A stretch of 64,000 nt of DNA. Origin: Antedon mediterranea (lineage: Eukaryota > Animalia > Echinodermata). Positions 59,906-64,000 of this stretch are shown here, in pieces. The stretch's first letter is position 1, and each line of letters starts with the position of its first letter. The DNA is taken from contig NC_092674.1 in the NCBI RefSeq assembly GCF_964355755.1, positions 5,208,001-5,272,000 on the forward strand, in the 5' to 3' direction. The position numbers and the translations under genes were made by a program. Under the pieces are notes generated by a model. The model made no database searches. It had not been told where the DNA came from and worked only from the letters and a program-made list of their open reading frames with translations.

Positions 59906-62552
59906 TAGTCTAACTTTAGCATTTAGTCTCTTCTTTTTTAATATCAATGTTTTGACCACATATTTTCATTATTTTATAAGTGTAGTTTTTTGTCATTTTT
60001 TTGTTCAAAATGGCATGATGATCTATTAAAATATCGATGGGATAGTAACAGTAACATTTTCTGAATCAGGTGTTAGTATTGGTTGTACGTCACCCCTATT
60101 CAGATCTCTATTAAAAGGACACATTTCAAATGAAACCAACGACAGTTGTTCAGAAAAGAGAAACATTGTTAAGTCATGAAAGTCAAGTCAAGTAAATTTA
60201 TTGTCATTTGTAAACATATAAAAAACATTTACATTAAAATGAATTTGAACGGTTTCGGCTAACAACAAATAAAAAGACTACAAGACATTAAAAAGTGATT
60301 GAAATCAATAAAAAAAAAAAATCTTTTTAATAACTAATTCTTTTTGTTATTAATTCTTTAATATGCATATTTTTCACATTAATTCTTTAATATGCATATT
60401 GTTTTCATTACTTTTACAATAAATCTGCATTAATCACCCCAAGTATTTTGCCATCAATTATCGTTGATACGAGACGGTGCTACAAATATTCAACGTGACT
60501 GTAAATGTAAAGATTCCATCAACTGAATGTTAATTGAATACATATGAAAGATTTCTGTAATAAATGTATATTGATGCAGTAAACGTCTATCCAACTGAAA
60601 AATGTTCACCTTTATGCGTCATAATATAAAGCAAGTTTGAAAAAACTTTATGTACAAAGTGTGTAATGTCGTTTTACAAGCATCATGTGAATTTAAACTG
60701 ACATTTTCTATCATAATATAAAGCAAAGTTCAAAAAACTTTGTGTACAATGCATGTAATACTTTTTCTCAGTACATCACAAACATGATGTGAATTTCTAC
60801 AACATTTAAGCTCGCACCTTTTAAATCATAATATAACGCAAAGTTTGAAAAAACTTTATGTATAAAAACAATTTTTTTTCAGTACATAGCAAACGTCATG
60901 TGAATTTTTTGCATCAGTTACGCTTTTATTTTTTAAATAAAAATCAATCCAATAATAATTACAAAATATTTTCAAGAATTAACCATGACAAAACTAAAAT
61001 TCCTATTAATGAAATTAACTTTGTTACTAAATGTTTTAAAACATATATTTTCCCCTATTGTTTGTTACACTGGAAAGTGTTCACTGAATAGAGGTGTCGT
61101 CTGAATAGAGGTGTCGTCTGAATAGAGGTGTCGTCTGAATAGGGGTGTCGTCTGAATAGGGGTGTCCGAAAGGAGGTGTTCTACTAGATTTTACAATTTA
61201 TTTTTCGTAGCACAGTTTGAATACAAGAACACCTTCAGATTCAGAATGAGGTGCTGTATATACGTTGTGATAGCTTGTTTGCACAACACCAATCTCTCAA
61301 TTTGGCAGAATTTAGCTTGTATTTTATACATTGCAGCAACTAAAGTGAAATAATCTTTTCAATTCTATTCAAAAATTACCTTTGAAAACAAACCTTTTTA
61401 GTTCTTTGTAATTAAATCCGTTTTTTTTAATTTAATCTCATTTTATGCTTTGAGACAATCTCTATGTAAATATGACATTAATAGTTAATCTATTTGCGCT
61501 CATACAAACTCTGTTACTTTCCTACTGTAGTCTGCCGCCTGTATAGAAAACGCGGTGTAATGTACAACATGAAAAATTAGAAATATTCTAAGTGAGACGT
61601 TTGTTTACTACAGATTCACTAACAAAGTGAATATGCTTGCCGGAATAAAAGCCCTTTAGATACTTATTTCATATTCGCATATTGTAAAATTAATAATTCA
61701 GATTGAAAATCTACAGCTTCAAGCGGCATTTGATATGTTGTTTTGATTCTCAGTTTTCAATTTGATGTCACAGGTTCAAGTCGAATCACTTTATTGATTC
61801 GACGACTCTTAGTTTACTCGGAATTTATTATAGTGTACTGAGCATGCCTACTAAACGTGTGATTTCAATCGGTTTGAAAGATTATGTAAGGAAGAAAAAT
61901 CCATTAACAGATTGTGAAACAAAGCTTAATTCAGAAATGGAATCGGGAATATAATTATTCAAACTACAATTGAAAATTACATCCATAATATATATATGGT
62001 ATGATACGTTAAAATTCTATTCATAATCTAACAGTGATTTTGTTGTAGTTGAAGACCCCTCTCCTTTTTCATGATTTAGAGGGCTAGTGTATCCCTCGGT
62101 ACCAGACAAATTATTGCGTTTTCATCCTTGTTCTTTCTGTATATGGTTTAAAAATAAGTTAAATTCAATTTGAAATAGCAGGTTAAAATCTCACACAATC
62201 ATTTTCTTACGCGACAACAATATTGGAACTTGGATAAAAGCTATGTTGTTTATGTTACTAAAATAGCACTGTTGATATACGTTTTCTGTGTTTTGTATAT
62301 GTAACCTTTACTATTACATGACGTGCAAAACACAAAAGACTCAAATACAGGTACAAAATATAGTGTGAGAAATTGCTTTATTGATGTTGCTCACTTAAGG
62401 CTCTGACTGCGAATGCTCATCCAAACCATTTGCATTAAGTTTAATTATTATCAGAACAAAGAAAATACACTTAATTACTAAAACAGGAATTAAAGCTAAT
62501 TGATTAATGGCCGAAACAGATATCAATGACCAAAAGATTATATAATGGTTAA

Positions 62553-63057
62553 CACGTTCACTGCCACGGCGTATTTATACGTCAAAAATTGCGTGTCGCT
62601 ACTTGCCAAGACGTAATACTACGTCAAAATCGTAGCACTTTTGTATTGTATGTAGAATCGCTGGCAGTGGTGATTGGAACAGGAATTATCGCATGGCAGT
62701 TTATGAATGATGTACATAAACGATAATCTAAAAATAAATGTCATATGTTTGTTTGTGTTTATTCCCTCATGCATTGAATATGGTTGATACGATGGCGCCC
62801 TCACACTCAATATAATCATCTCAAACATGTCATAAATTGCGCTAATAGTAAATAAAAATAATAAAGGATGAAATGATTCAGTGTGGTTTACTGTTTTTAT
62901 CTCTCGATGATAGGGTGGGTCAGAGGATGGGGGTCAGATATTGACCCCATCATGATAGTCTGTGACCAGATGTTACACTTTCAAACTGTAATTTAATATG
63001 TAAACGGGACTTGGCACTGGGACAGAAATTACGGAAAATGCCTTGGCAGTCAATGTG
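62553..63057. mobile_element. piggyBac-like MITE
   Basis: TTAA-CACGTTCACTGCCACGGCGT ... ATGCCTTGGCAGTCAATGTG-TTAA. Confidence 0.75.
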
Positions 63058-64000
63058 TTAAAGCTATAAACAAATAGTGGACCACAGGCATTTCCAGATT
63101 ACCCTATGGGGAGTAAATGTGGTGTCTATTCATATTTTAGTCAAATACAAATCAACAAAATACTTAATAGCATTCCAAAATGCTGTAAATCAATTAAAAG
63201 TAAAATAATTAAAAAGCTAAAAGTAATGTATGCCACATATACATACCGTTTCTTTATAATACAGAAATTTCAGATGTTGTTTTAGTGCCCATTTAATTTT
63301 GCTAGAAATTGTAGACAGAAGTTTTTACGAGGTAAACCTCAGTAAACCGTTAACATTATTAAATTTGCTCTCCTGGGAAATTACGAGGGAAAAAAATCCA
63401 ATAAGCCTTAAAATAACCTTGATCGTATAAATAAAATAAAATGATACACTGAATTTTAGAAATTGTATATTTATCTGTGAAAAAACCTGATTTTTATATT
63501 ACAAACTGCATAAATTGTACATTTGTGAAGTAATAAAAACACTGTAGTTCGTAAAGAAAAATGACTTCACGTTCTGATTTTTAGATATTTGATAAATTTC
63601 GTAGGTAGTTCAATACATCTGAACAATGATAAGCTTCCTATATTATGCCAAGCTATGTTGCAGTATAAATACATACATACAAACAAATTATCATCATATT
63701 GGTGCAGTAATTGCTAATTCCTTTAGGTTTGAATTTGAATCTAACCCTAGCCATCAACACAAGCTTGGCATGAATGTTAAGACTCAGACAGCGTCTACGA
63801 CGAGTTGTCTTATCGGGAGAAAATTTAACATGTTTAATGGTTAGTGATTATGTTATGGGTTCGAGTTCCAAACAAGAATTAGTTGATTTTTTTGACAATT
63901 AAGTATTCTCAAATTTACTTTGGATTATGTCAAAATGATTCTACTGCAGTAACTTTATTTCGTTCCTGTAGTAACGTTATGTCTTAATTGTAGAAGTAAG

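Overview
AT-rich, intron-rich animal genomic DNA. The repeat spectrum and abundant TAGGCCTA palindromes suggest a marine invertebrate deuterostome, possibly an echinoderm (inference only). I rebuilt three protein-coding genes by hand from GT-AG splice sites with consistent phases. (1) A complete 8-exon minus-strand gene (6812-11154, 411 aa) encodes an acidic leaderless N-terminus, a PDZ-like domain and a C-terminal region that aligns by eye with the interleukin-1 beta-trefoil, including an IL-1-like ESxxYP motif and IL-1-like intron phases. It is a candidate invertebrate IL-1-family cytokine, mostly missed by the ORF track, with IRF- and NF-kB-like sites upstream. (2) A complete ARMC3 orthologue with 18 coding exons (17116-30939, minus, 839 aa). 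(3) The first coding exon of a THIK-type K2P channel (KCNK13/12-like, 38181-38532, plus), followed by more than 25 kb of apparent intron. A possible kB-driven first exon of a fourth gene lies at about 4929-5155 (minus). The rest is transposon-derived: Penelope GIY-YIG remnants with hammerhead-ribozyme relics, a non-autonomous Helitron, tRNA-SINEs, Harbinger-, mariner-, Kolobok- and piggyBac-like MITEs, LINE tails, tandem repeats and a 1.09-kb near-identical tandem duplication. All homology calls come from recall and by-eye alignment; no searches were run.
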